A DNA stretch of 64,000 nt, from NCBI GenBank assembly GCA_902801795.1, contig CADCJQ010000009.1:3452-67451 (forward strand), read 5' to 3'. Numbering within the stretch: the stretch's first letter is position 1; every line of letters begins with the position of its first letter. The stretch is from an uncultured Erysipelotrichaceae bacterium (GTDB taxonomy: Bacteria; Bacillota_I; Bacilli_A; RF39; UBA660). Below are positions 9,931-19,860 of this stretch, piece after piece. The translations under genes were made by a program, and so were the position numbers. The notes below the pieces were generated by a model that worked only from the letters and a program-made list of their open reading frames with translations, searched no databases and was not told the origin of the DNA.

Positions 9931-12118
9931 ATTCATCAAAGAAATCATCAAAATAATCATCATCATCTAATTCAATTGTTTTTTTAGGTTGAGAAACTTT
10001 ATTTGCATCTTTTATATTGTTTATACCTATATTCATATTATTTCCATTATTAATATTCGTATTTATACTATTATTATTTAATCCATTAATAATACTATTT
10101 AAATTATTATTATTTTCTTGTTGCATATTTGGAGAATTAATAATAGTGTTCATGTTAAAATCATTATTACTTTGATTTTTCATTTTTTCTTCTTGTTCTT
10201 CTTTTTCAAGTTCCGCAATCTTTGCATCTATTTTCTTAACAATATCATCAACATCAAAAGATTTATCACTTGAATCCATACTTGGTTTAGGTTTATCTAA
10301 TATATTATCCATAAACGGATTAGCATTTGGCATGCTACCAAAGAAAGGAAGACCTCCTCCACCACCAGCAAAGTCTAAAAGATTATCTTTATTTTTCTTT
10401 AATTTTTCATCAACAAATTGCTTAACATTAAATGTCTTAACTTCTCTTATCTCACGTGATGGTATATCGTTTATAGAGGCAACAGGATATTTCCTACCCC
10501 AATTCATTTTATAATTAGGTGTTAGTTTCGTTTTAAAAGGTGCTAATCTAACACGTCTTATAATTACTTCAAATTTACTTAATTTTTGCAAATCAGTAAT
10601 AGTTACTAATGGGGTTGAAACTGTTTTATCATCTTTTTTCGATTTTACTTCACCACACAATTTACTTATTTCTTCAAGAGCTTTTAATTCTGTACTTAAT
10701 AAATATATTAAATTTCCACAATTTCCTTTTATTGTTTCTGCTTGTTGTTCACCATATACTTCATTTAATTGAGCAAAATTTTGAATAATCAAAGTGAAAC
10801 GCATCGCTCTACTACGAGCCGCTGTAATCATTGTGGTAACATCTTTTAATGGTGGCATATTAGCAAACTCATCTAATAAGAAATTAGTTCTAACAGGTAA
10901 CTTACCATTATGTGCTTGTGCAACGTCAATTAGTGTTTCATATATTTGTTTTACAAGAATTGTTGCTAAAGAGTGATATGTTTTCTTTTCATCTTGAATA
11001 ACAATAAATAAGGCTGATTTTTTAAGTCCTATATCTTCAATATTAAAATCACTATGTGATAACATTTCTGAAAGATTGGCACGTGTTGCAAAAAGTTTAA
11101 TTTTTTCTTTAAATACTGCTAAAATACTTCCTTTAGTATCGCTTGGTGAAAGAATGGTACTAGAAGCATTAATATAAGCAGCACCTGATGGATCTTTCGA
11201 ATTAAAATATTCTTTAATATATGTACTACTTCCACGAAATTTATCTTCACCAACAGTTGTCATTAAACTAATACTATTAATGTTAATTTCTTCTTCTTCG
11301 GCATCTTCAAACATTCCAAGAGCTAATCCAGCAAAATATCCAGCAGATGTTTTTTCCCAGAATGGGTCAGCATTTTTATTACTTTCATCATACAAAATAT
11401 TTAAAGCTAAGTCATCCAATAACTCGATGGCTTTATCTTGATTACCACTTTTCCATAAACGATATGGTAACGTCAAAGGATTCCATGCATTTCCATGCGC
11501 TGGATTACGGAAATTAAGTAAAATTATATTATATCCTTTTCTTCGAAGCATTTCGGAAGTTTCTTCAAATATTTCTCCCTTAGGATCGGTAATAACCATA
11601 GATTCCCCATGTTTTGCCAAAGATTGAACCATTGGGAAAATTACTGTCTGAGTTTTACCAGAACCTGTTGAACCAATAATTAAATTATGATATTCACCAT
11701 TATCAACCCATAATGTTTTTCCATCATTAATTAAAGGTATTCCACCTGCTTCTGCTTTTAGGCTTGAGGCAAGAACTGGAGTTAATTCTTTTTTCATTGT
11801 CTTGGCATCACACCAATTACTATAACCATCTAATTTTTTTTCCGTAGTAAACCCAAATCCTTTTTCAAAAGAAAAGAATTTACTACTAGTACTAGCAACT
11901 AATCCAAATAAGGCTATTAGAAAAACAACAAATGTTGTAAGAATATAATCACTTGACAATGCTATAAAAAAATTAAGACCTACAAATGTACCATCATTAG
12001 CGAAAGATATTACATTTGATTCTAATATACAAATTAAAAGAAATAAAACACCAGCGTATATTCCAAACTTTGTCATATCTTCTTTTTGAAAACGCATTTT
12101 AAGTTTCACATAAATCAC
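9929..12118 (-). CDS. type IV coupling protein, TraG/VirD4 family
   Basis: Two N-terminal TM segments. Walker A GSTGSGKTQTV, plus VITDPKGE, and Walker B LLDEFAN. The long C-terminal tail is Asn-rich and low-complexity and ends DDDDYFDDFFDE. Confidence 0.85.
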   Translation of the reverse strand: MIYVKLKMRFQKEDMTKFGIYAGVLFLLICILESNVISFANDGTFVGLNFFIALSSDYILTTFVVFLIALFGLVASTSSKFFSFEKGFGFTTEKKLDGYSNWCDAKTMKKELTPVLASSLKAEAGGIPLINDGKTLWVDNGEYHNLIIGSTGSGKTQTVIFPMVQSLAKHGESMVITDPKGEIFEETSEMLRRKGYNIILLNFRNPAHGNAWNPLTLPYRLWKSGNQDKAIELLDDLALNILYDESNKNADPFWEKTSAGYFAGLALGMFEDAEEEEININSISLMTTVGEDKFRGSSTYIKEYFNSKDPSGAAYINASSTILSPSDTKGSILAVFKEKIKLFATRANLSEMLSHSDFNIEDIGLKKSALFIVIQDEKKTYHSLATILVKQIYETLIDVAQAHNGKLPVRTNFLLDEFANMPPLKDVTTMITAARSRAMRFTLIIQNFAQLNEVYGEQQAETIKGNCGNLIYLLSTELKALEEISKLCGEVKSKKDDKTVSTPLVTITDLQKLSKFEVIIRRVRLAPFKTKLTPNYKMNWGRKYPVASINDIPSREIREVKTFNVKQFVDEKLKKNKDNLLDFAGGGGGLPFFGSMPNANPFMDNILDKPKPSMDSSDKSFDVDDIVKKIDAKIAELEKEEQEEKMKNQSNNDFNMNTIINSPNMQQENNNNLNSIINGLNNNSINTNINNGNNMNIGINNIKDANKVSQPKKTIELDDDDYFDDFFDE

Positions 12119-12139
12119 CCTTTCATATCAAACATATAT

Positions 12140-12808
12140 TTAACTATTCTTTTTCTTATTAACAAAAACAAAAATCCAAGCTCCTATTGTTAAAATTAAA
12201 ATACCAAATAAAATAATATATATATCAAAATTAGCAATAAACTTACTTGATGTATCTAGTTCTAACATTATCTTAAAATCTTCATCATCAGCCTTCATGA
12301 TAAAATGATATGTATTTGTTTTTTTATCTATTTCAGTAGCATTACTATCAACTACTTTATATGCACTTTTTATCGCTATATCTAAATTTTCCACATAAAA
12401 TCTATCAGGATTTTCTTCTTCATTTGGATTAAATCCTTCTGTTTCTATTTTAACAATTTTTCCTTCTTTTGTATAGTTTATTTTATCAAAATAATTATTA
12501 AATAGTTTAGAATTATTTAAATATTCTTGAATATCTTGATATTCTCTTTCAATTTTTACATATGGATTTTCATTTTTTACAACTTCCGTTTGATAATTAT
12601 TTTCTTTTAATTCATTATCATAAATATCTAATAATTCCTCAAGAACTTTAACTTTAGTAGTTCGATAATGTGAATTATATAATTCATCATTACCTTCTAA
12701 AAAAGCAGTTTCCATTACTTTCAAATCATCTTTTATTTCAACATGATAATTAACACTACATCCTGTTAATAAAACTAATAAACTAACTAATATCACAATT
12801 TTTTTCAT
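12140..12808 (-). CDS. T4SS-associated lipoprotein with C-terminal TM segment
   Basis: Signal peptide plus lipobox LLTGCS. C-terminal hydrophobic segment IYIILFGILILTIGAWIFVFV. Lies between the hydrolase and coupling-protein genes. Confidence 0.55.
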   Translation of the reverse strand: MKKIVILVSLLVLLTGCSVNYHVEIKDDLKVMETAFLEGNDELYNSHYRTTKVKVLEELLDIYDNELKENNYQTEVVKNENPYVKIEREYQDIQEYLNNSKLFNNYFDKINYTKEGKIVKIETEGFNPNEEENPDRFYVENLDIAIKSAYKVVDSNATEIDKKTNTYHFIMKADDEDFKIMLELDTSSKFIANFDIYIILFGILILTIGAWIFVFVNKKKNS

Positions 12809-12811
12809 AGA

Positions 12812-14800
12812 TTAATCCTTCCAAATAATATGAAATGGTTTATTCCCAGAATGACCTGCTGGAATAATTACATCATTAAAACTATACCAACCATTACCCG
12901 ATTTTCTACTTTTATTGTTTTTGTTACTCTTATTGTTGGGATCATTAACATAAACTTTTCCTGTTTCTGGATCAACACCTGATAATACCATATAATGTCC
13001 ACCACCTGTAAAGATATTTGGTCCTAAGACATGATAAACTATTAAATGTCCTTGACTTAAATGTGATAAAACTAAATTCTTATCACTAGTACTTCTTTTA
13101 CCAACATTTAAGTAATGATAGCCCATGGCATTAGCTTGCTTCTTATAATATGCTATCGCTGTACCTGATACTCCAGAACCACATTGTCCCCATTTATATG
13201 CTTGATTCATTGTATAAACAGGATCGTATTTATTATTCTTTTCATAGGTTGACAATACCATCGCCATTGCGGTAATACCACATCCATATTCTCCAATAGA
13301 ATGTTTCAATCCACAAAAAGGTACATTATTATAATCTTTTTGATCATAGAAAATAACATCTGTTAACACTTTTTCATTACCAAAATTAACACCAGAAATA
13401 TAAGTATTTTCACGAATATTTTTTATTGTTACATTACCATATGCATTTTTTATCATTTCTTGATATGTTGAACCACTTACTGTATTTAATTTATCTAAAT
13501 CAACAGAAACATATTTTCCACTATTATCTACTAACACATAACCATAGATATTATCAACAGCCTTATTAATATTATTTTGCACCGTTGTATCCAAAGGTAC
13601 TTTGTAATAATATCCCCCATTATTAAAGGTATTATTACCATTACTAATATTATTACTACCTGAAACTAGTTCTTTATTATTATCATAACTACAGCCATCA
13701 CTTAAACTACAATATTCAATTCCGGTAGTATCAGTTAACGAAATCGCTCCAGTGCTTAAAGAAATATTATTTTTCGCTAAAACATTACTAGTTGATGCAA
13801 TGGATAATGCTTTAATTTTTTCCGTATTCGATAGATCATTATTAGAAATATTGGCATAAACAGAGCCAGATAAGTATTGTTTAAAGGAAACATTATTGTT
13901 ATCATCATTAGTTGTAACAGTGGCATCTTCCGCAACAAAATATTCTGCAGACATATCTTCATCTACATTAAGATTTTCACTTAATTCAAATATTTCCTTA
14001 AGTATTTCAACATATGTTGTATTTTCTTCTCTTGCTACTCTACTATAATATTTTTCAAATACCGTATCATTACTTAAATTATTAAAGAAATTACCATTAA
14101 CCGTATAATCTGCACCACAAGAACTTGGTAAATCAACAAAGATATTATCAAGCATCGTAGTCATGGCACTATAATCATATTCATCCCCTGTTTTATAATA
14201 GTAATATATGATAACTGAATGAATTAAATTTTTGTTTACTTGTTCTCCATGACAACTTTCTTGATAATTAGCAACTAAATCATTAAGATGACGATAATAT
14301 TCTTTTTCTTCACTACTAGCGTTTTCATTGTTATTTTCATTAAAAAGCATTGGTCCTAAAAAAGGTACATAAGTTTGAACAGCACTTACTACAATAATCA
14401 AAATTAAAACAATAAATAATATAGGTAAAATTGCTCCAATAATACCAAAAATACTAAATAATTTTTTTACTTTTTTAGCCTTTTCAATAACATCATCAAC
14501 TGTAGTTTCCGTATTATTATCTTGTTCTTCAGAACTATTATTATCAGCGGCAATATTACTAGCATTATTTTTAAAACGCGAAAATAATCCACGATTTTTT
14601 TGTTTATTACTTGCAACTTTATTTTTCAAAGAAGCATTATTGGTTGTTGTTTTACGATTATTAATTTTATTAAGTTCTTGATTTTTATTACCACTATATA
14701 GATTTTGTCCATGTGATATTTGATTTAATCTATTAGGAATATGATTTCCTTTATTTGAAGGTAAATCATTTTTACCATCAAATCTACTATTATTATTCAC
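12812..14800 (-). CDS. membrane-anchored putative cell-wall hydrolase with C-terminal papain-fold (C39-like) cysteine peptidase domain
   Basis: Disordered N-terminus, then one TM segment (FSIFGIIGAILPILFIVLILIIVV). The C-terminus carries GEYGCGITAMAMVLSTY ... GGHYMVLSGVD ... VNDPN, a Cys/His/Asp-Asn arrangement. Its position matches the hydrolase slot of Gram-positive T4SS loci. Confidence 0.55.
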   Translation of the reverse strand: MNNNSRFDGKNDLPSNKGNHIPNRLNQISHGQNLYSGNKNQELNKINNRKTTTNNASLKNKVASNKQKNRGLFSRFKNNASNIAADNNSSEEQDNNTETTVDDVIEKAKKVKKLFSIFGIIGAILPILFIVLILIIVVSAVQTYVPFLGPMLFNENNNENASSEEKEYYRHLNDLVANYQESCHGEQVNKNLIHSVIIYYYYKTGDEYDYSAMTTMLDNIFVDLPSSCGADYTVNGNFFNNLSNDTVFEKYYSRVAREENTTYVEILKEIFELSENLNVDEDMSAEYFVAEDATVTTNDDNNNVSFKQYLSGSVYANISNNDLSNTEKIKALSIASTSNVLAKNNISLSTGAISLTDTTGIEYCSLSDGCSYDNNKELVSGSNNISNGNNTFNNGGYYYKVPLDTTVQNNINKAVDNIYGYVLVDNSGKYVSVDLDKLNTVSGSTYQEMIKNAYGNVTIKNIRENTYISGVNFGNEKVLTDVIFYDQKDYNNVPFCGLKHSIGEYGCGITAMAMVLSTYEKNNKYDPVYTMNQAYKWGQCGSGVSGTAIAYYKKQANAMGYHYLNVGKRSTSDKNLVLSHLSQGHLIVYHVLGPNIFTGGGHYMVLSGVDPETGKVYVNDPNNKSNKNNKSRKSGNGWYSFNDVIIPAGHSGNKPFHIIWKD

Positions 14801-14821
14801 GATTTACCTCCTTATTTTAAT

Positions 14822-14843
14822 AAAAGACCTTAAAAGGTCTTTT
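14822..14843 (-). terminator. intra-cluster hairpin (attenuator/terminator-like) between the VirB4 and hydrolase genes
   Basis: Minus strand reads aaaagaccttttaaggtctttt, followed by attaaaataaggaggtaaatcGTG (the hydrolase RBS and start). Confidence 0.45.
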
Positions 14844-14846
14844 ATT

Positions 14847-16634
14847 TTATAATCCTCCACCAGATCCAAAACTATCTAGTTCATCTTGAGTAACTATAAC
14901 ATCTATTTGCATACGTTTATTACCACATACAAATAATGCTTGACCTTGGGAATATCTTTTTATACTATCTATTTCATTATCATTTAAATCAACTAACTTT
15001 GCTAAATCCTCTACTGACTGTTTATTAAGTTGCATAATCAAATAATATGATGCATTACCAAAAATTGCCTTTCCTTGAGTAATAACTGAAGGATTAGAGA
15101 AATCACTAGGTTGTTGTGTAATAATTATAGTTCCTGTATTATATTTTCTTGCTCGACGTTGAACTTGAGCAAGGAAATCAGCACCTAAAATATTATTTCC
15201 AGATAAAAGTACATGAGCTTCATCAACCATTAATATCGTATCACGACGTCTGTCAAGACATAATCCCCAAGCATACTTTAATACGTTAAAGAATAAAGCA
15301 TTCTTAATATTTTCATCAGCATTCATTAATTCTTTTATATTAAAAACAATAAATTCACTATTACCTGGAATGGAAGTATGACCATCAAAATAATATTTAA
15401 GTTCACGTACAAATGGACGAACCTTAAGTTCAAGACGCTCTAAGACATCACGTTCATGAGTTTTCTCAGTTGTTGCTGTAAGTCTTCCACGAACGGTTGC
15501 ATAAACATCACTGAATGTTGGAAATTCTTCACTTTTTTTATTTGTAAAATCACTCGCAAAATTAATTCCAAAACGATGATATGTATCTTGAACAACTTCA
15601 CTAAATAATGTTAAAACATCTTCTTCAATATCAGGATAATAATATCTCATAAAGGCTTTTAAAAATTGTAATGTACGAGTTAAAACAGTATAACCAATAC
15701 CATTTTTTATGTCTTCTTCGTCAGCATCCATTACGATTTCAAAAGGGTTAATTAAGCCATAACTGCCACCTTTACCAAGGTCAATAGAATCCCCTCCATA
15801 AAGCATACACATATCTTCAAGTTCGTTTTCTGGATCTATCGCTACTATTTGACAATTATTTCTAATGTGTCCACGAAGTAATAATTTAGCAGCCGTACTT
15901 TTACCACTACCAGAACCACCAAGTATAACTAAATTAGCATTATTTCGGTTATTTTCTTTACGTATTTTATATAAAAATTGATTAAATAAGATAACACCAC
16001 CAGAGAAATCAACACCAATTAAATTGGCTAATCCTGGGTCTTTTATCGAATCAAAAACGAAAGGATACATTGCTGCAATAGTATATGTTGGAATAGGTAC
16101 ACCAATTCTTTCTTCAATTTTTTGTTTAGGAAAGATTGGTAAAATCGATTTAAGTAAAGTTTCTTGTTCAAATCTTAAACTAACAGCACGTAATTCCATA
16201 GAATCAAGATAATTTTTAACATTCGTTTTTCTATTTTCAAGTTCTTCTCTTGTATTAGCAGTAATCATAACATGTAGTTGAAAATCAAATATCATATCTT
16301 GATTAGCTGCAATATTTTGAATAAAACTCTCTAGTGATTCATAATCTTGACGAAGTCTTTCTTGCATTATTTTATCTTTTTCTTTTTCATAACGATCACG
16401 ATAATCTGCTACTTGTTTATCAATCATTTTTCTTAGTACACTAAATGGTACAGGAATATGTTTAATAACAACTTTAATACCAGACATATTAGTAAGTCCT
16501 GATAAATATCCTGGACTAATAAATTTCGGATAAGAAACAACAGTCATAATTGTTGCATATTTGTCACTTATAACAAAATCACTTGGATTAAACTGTAATC
16601 CCTTTGGTGCTATTTCTGAAGAAAAGATACTCAT
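14847..16634 (-). CDS. VirB4/TraE-type conjugation ATPase (C-terminal 595-aa part)
   Basis: Walker A GGSGSGKST and Walker B ILMVDEAH. The N-terminal region APKGLQFNPSDFVISDKYATIMTVVSYPKFISPGYL is typical of Gram-positive VirB4 middle domains. Confidence 0.85.
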   Translation of the reverse strand: MSIFSSEIAPKGLQFNPSDFVISDKYATIMTVVSYPKFISPGYLSGLTNMSGIKVVIKHIPVPFSVLRKMIDKQVADYRDRYEKEKDKIMQERLRQDYESLESFIQNIAANQDMIFDFQLHVMITANTREELENRKTNVKNYLDSMELRAVSLRFEQETLLKSILPIFPKQKIEERIGVPIPTYTIAAMYPFVFDSIKDPGLANLIGVDFSGGVILFNQFLYKIRKENNRNNANLVILGGSGSGKSTAAKLLLRGHIRNNCQIVAIDPENELEDMCMLYGGDSIDLGKGGSYGLINPFEIVMDADEEDIKNGIGYTVLTRTLQFLKAFMRYYYPDIEEDVLTLFSEVVQDTYHRFGINFASDFTNKKSEEFPTFSDVYATVRGRLTATTEKTHERDVLERLELKVRPFVRELKYYFDGHTSIPGNSEFIVFNIKELMNADENIKNALFFNVLKYAWGLCLDRRRDTILMVDEAHVLLSGNNILGADFLAQVQRRARKYNTGTIIITQQPSDFSNPSVITQGKAIFGNASYYLIMQLNKQSVEDLAKLVDLNDNEIDSIKRYSQGQALFVCGNKRMQIDVIVTQDELDSFGSGGGL

Positions 16635-17263
16635 CGAACCACCACCGTTCCAAAATCATGCCTTACACCACCATTTAAGAAATTATCTATAATAATTCTT
16701 AAATCATCATCACTGGTTGGTGTAGCAAGTAAACTACAACTTGCAAAGCCATTAATTATTGCTCGCATTTTATCTTGTAATCTATCCATATTACTTTCTT
16801 TAAACAATACATAATATTCCGTATCAACAACCTGATTATTAATAAACATATCCGCTTTTTCCAAATCTTGCATAATCATTTTACGACGAGCTGGAGTAAG
16901 TTGTTCATTAAGCATTAACTCAAGTTGTGATGTATAAACAGAAATATCAACAGGGCGATCAGCAGCAATAAGCCAAAATTCAAAGTTAAAAGTATTATAA
17001 CAATTTCTTAAGGCATTTAAAATATTTTCTTGTTGAATTTGATCAAGAATAAAGATATTTCTTGGCTCAACTTTAACACCTGTTACCATATCCTTATTAG
17101 GTAAAGTAATAATTCCATTTTTAATTGATCTTATCCTAACCCAATTTTCTGTAAAAGCACTATTATTATTCACTGGAGGTTTCTTAACATTTTGTGGTTT
17201 CTGAACTGGTCTTCCACCTTGTACAGGAGGTCTACCCATTGCGTTTGGATTCATATTCCGCAC
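16631..17263 (-). CDS. VirB4 N-terminal-domain-like protein (separate ORF)
   Basis: 210 aa. The stop overlaps the VirB4 start in ATGA. The segment IKNGIITLPNKDMVTGVKVEPRNIFILDQIQQENILNALRNCY resembles the extreme N-terminal region of full-length (~800 aa) Gram-positive VirB4 proteins. Together 210 + 595 aa gives about that length. Confidence 0.5.
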   Translation of the reverse strand: MRNMNPNAMGRPPVQGGRPVQKPQNVKKPPVNNNSAFTENWVRIRSIKNGIITLPNKDMVTGVKVEPRNIFILDQIQQENILNALRNCYNTFNFEFWLIAADRPVDISVYTSQLELMLNEQLTPARRKMIMQDLEKADMFINNQVVDTEYYVLFKESNMDRLQDKMRAIINGFASCSLLATPTSDDDLRIIIDNFLNGGVRHDFGTVVVR

Positions 17264-17558
17264 ACCATCCTCTCCATTTATAATTTCTGTTGTTAGTATA
17301 AAAACTAATCATTTCTTGAATTGCTACCAAAACATTATGATAATTTGGTATTGGCCATACAAGAATAGCACAAACCAAACCAGGAAAGACTGATAGAATC
17401 ATCAATATCGTTGGTGCATTCATACTATTAAATACCAAAAACAAAACAAATGTAACCAAAACCCCAGTCAGTAATATCGCTGCATCAACTGGACGAAACA
17501 TACTTAACCAAAGTTGTCCTCGTTTAGTATTAGCAGGTATTAAATATTGATTATTCAA
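17232..17558 (-). CDS. PrgI/TcpE/VirB3-like small T4SS membrane protein
   Basis: 108 aa with two TM segments. Sits directly upstream of VirB4. The N-terminal motif IPANTKRGQLWLSMFRPVDAAILL is of the PrgI-family type. Confidence 0.55.
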   Translation of the reverse strand: MNNQYLIPANTKRGQLWLSMFRPVDAAILLTGVLVTFVLFLVFNSMNAPTILMILSVFPGLVCAILVWPIPNYHNVLVAIQEMISFYTNNRNYKWRGWCAEYESKRNG

Positions 17559-17575
17559 ATAATATCACTCTCCTA

Positions 17576-19717
17576 TTATGATGATTTTTTATCATATTTA
17601 TCTGCAATAGATTTAACAGTAGCAGCAGCACCTTCGTGCCCTTTAGCCTCAATACTAGACGTTTGTGCCTCTTGTCCCATTTTCTTATTAAGATTAAGCC
17701 ATTCACCAATTTTATTAGGTAATACATTACCATTACCATCAAGCATTCCTTTATCTCTTGCTACTTGCATTACATCACGTCCAAATATTGTATCAGCACT
17801 ATGCATAATATTGGCTTCTAGTGCTTCTTGTATCATTCTACCAAATGCAGGATTTGTTTCTTTATCAAAACCTAGTTCCTTATATACTGCATCATACATT
17901 GAAGGATTAGACTCAATTGCTTTTGTAGAATTGATGATATACTTATCTGCTTCACCCTGTAGTTTATCAAGAAGCCTACTTGCTAAAGCTGTATCTTCAC
18001 CAGAAAAAGCCCCATTTTTATTTTCAATTACTTTTGTCAAATCATTTAAAACCCCAGCAATTGTCCTTGAACCAGATTTTCCCATTTGAGTTAAATCAAT
18101 TGATAATCCACCAGAAAAATTATACCTGTTTTGTCCTGGTTGTACTTGAAGTTTCTCCAAGAATTTAGTATCTGTCATCATATCATCAGTAAATTTAACA
18201 CCACCAAATTTAACTGAAATATTATTGTGTACATAATCCAAAGCTGCTTTTGATTTATCGCTGGCATTCTTGGATGCTTCAATTTCGGAATTCATTGTAT
18301 CCAAATTAGACTTTATACCCATTCTCCTATTAAATACTTCTCTCATATAGTCAGTACGTTTTACATTATTATTTTGTAATTCTCCTGATAAATCATAACT
18401 TCTATCAGCAGCACTCCTTGCAGTACTTCTGGTTTCTTTATACCCTTTGTTATGTGCGACACTTTCAAACATACCATGAGCAAATCCAGAACCAGCAGAT
18501 CCTATTGCTCTACTCCATGCCTTACGTTTTGTATAACCATCAGCAGCTGCCTTTTTTAATGCTGTATTTTTCTCATCACGTGACATTCGAGCCCAAGCTT
18601 TACCTCCACCATATTTTTTAGCAATTTCATTTTTTTCGTTTTGTCTTGCAGCATATAATCTACCAGGTATTGATGATGCTGCCCCAAGCATTCCGCTAGC
18701 ACGTTTAAACATATTTCCAATGCTTTCATCAGCACCTTTAATACCTAATAAATCACAAATAAATTTAGGAGCCTTCTTTGCAAACAAACAAAGAGCAATA
18801 ATAACAGCAATTTTAACCATTATTGCTTCAAAACCTTGAAATTGATTATTAGTTGCAAATGAATGTAAAAACAAGATAATGATTTCAATTACAAAATAAA
18901 TAACAAAAACTTTAATAAATAAATCTGTATATACTTGAATAGCAGTCTTTGACCATTCACCTAATTTCTTTTCATCAGATATATAGTTAACAATAGGTAC
19001 TGGCGATAATATCTGAATAACACCAAACTTAATCGTCCTTTCTCCAATTTCAAAAGCCAAACTGCCAAATAAAACAACTAAATAAATTCCAATTGGAATT
19101 AATAAGGCTAAATATCCCAGTTGATAAGGACACCCTTCACCAGAAACTAAAGCAATAGGACCATCTTTACATCCATTATTTAATATATCCGTTATATTTA
19201 AAATTTTAAAACTATTTTGGTTTATCGTTGTAGATGGATTTACACCGGTATTAGGTACTAAAAAACCTGAAATAACGTTATAGGCTATTGCATCTGCCGA
19301 TGATTCAAAATCAAGTTCACCATTAGAATTTTTTGGAACATCCGTTCTATTGCCAAAGACAATATTAGGTATTTGTTCAACAACAATATCTTCAACTTTA
19401 ATTGCAAATTGAAAAATGGCTGGAACAAAAACTAATAAACCTACTGAAATAACAATTCTTTGAAGTAATGCACTTAAACCTTTACTTTTATCTTCTAAAG
19501 AATCAGGATTAACTAAATATTGTACTGCCGAAATAACTAATTTGAATAACATTAAAACACCAATAATGATATAAACTCTATTAGTAAAGTCTTTAATAAT
19601 ATCTATTTCATTAAAAAGTTTATATTTAGATAAATTCCCTATCAAAACTAAAATTTGGGTTACAACAAAGAATACCATTCTAATTAGTTCCGTTAGAATT
19701 CTATATAATAATCCCAT
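17576..19717 (-). CDS. VirB6-like polytopic T4SS channel protein with large C-terminal soluble domain
   Basis: 713 aa with at least 6 hydrophobic segments in the first ~330 aa. Its position is equivalent to ConG/TcpH/Orf15. Confidence 0.6.
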   Translation of the reverse strand: MGLLYRILTELIRMVFFVVTQILVLIGNLSKYKLFNEIDIIKDFTNRVYIIIGVLMLFKLVISAVQYLVNPDSLEDKSKGLSALLQRIVISVGLLVFVPAIFQFAIKVEDIVVEQIPNIVFGNRTDVPKNSNGELDFESSADAIAYNVISGFLVPNTGVNPSTTINQNSFKILNITDILNNGCKDGPIALVSGEGCPYQLGYLALLIPIGIYLVVLFGSLAFEIGERTIKFGVIQILSPVPIVNYISDEKKLGEWSKTAIQVYTDLFIKVFVIYFVIEIIILFLHSFATNNQFQGFEAIMVKIAVIIALCLFAKKAPKFICDLLGIKGADESIGNMFKRASGMLGAASSIPGRLYAARQNEKNEIAKKYGGGKAWARMSRDEKNTALKKAAADGYTKRKAWSRAIGSAGSGFAHGMFESVAHNKGYKETRSTARSAADRSYDLSGELQNNNVKRTDYMREVFNRRMGIKSNLDTMNSEIEASKNASDKSKAALDYVHNNISVKFGGVKFTDDMMTDTKFLEKLQVQPGQNRYNFSGGLSIDLTQMGKSGSRTIAGVLNDLTKVIENKNGAFSGEDTALASRLLDKLQGEADKYIINSTKAIESNPSMYDAVYKELGFDKETNPAFGRMIQEALEANIMHSADTIFGRDVMQVARDKGMLDGNGNVLPNKIGEWLNLNKKMGQEAQTSSIEAKGHEGAAATVKSIADKYDKKSS

Positions 19718-19834
19718 AAACTCACCTCATATTTATTCAACCAAAACATTAGATTTTACGATAATTTAATTATATCATAAAAATGAAATTTTTTATACAT
19801 AAATTTAAACTTCTTTATTTTACTACGAAAATGT

Positions 19835-19860
19835 AAAAAAGGCAAACATTATTTGCCTTT
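19835..19860 (-). terminator. rho-independent terminator after the 694-aa gene
   Basis: Minus strand reads aaaggcaaataatgtttgcctttttt. A TATGATATAAT -10 box further downstream sits ahead of the VirB6-like gene. Confidence 0.65.
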
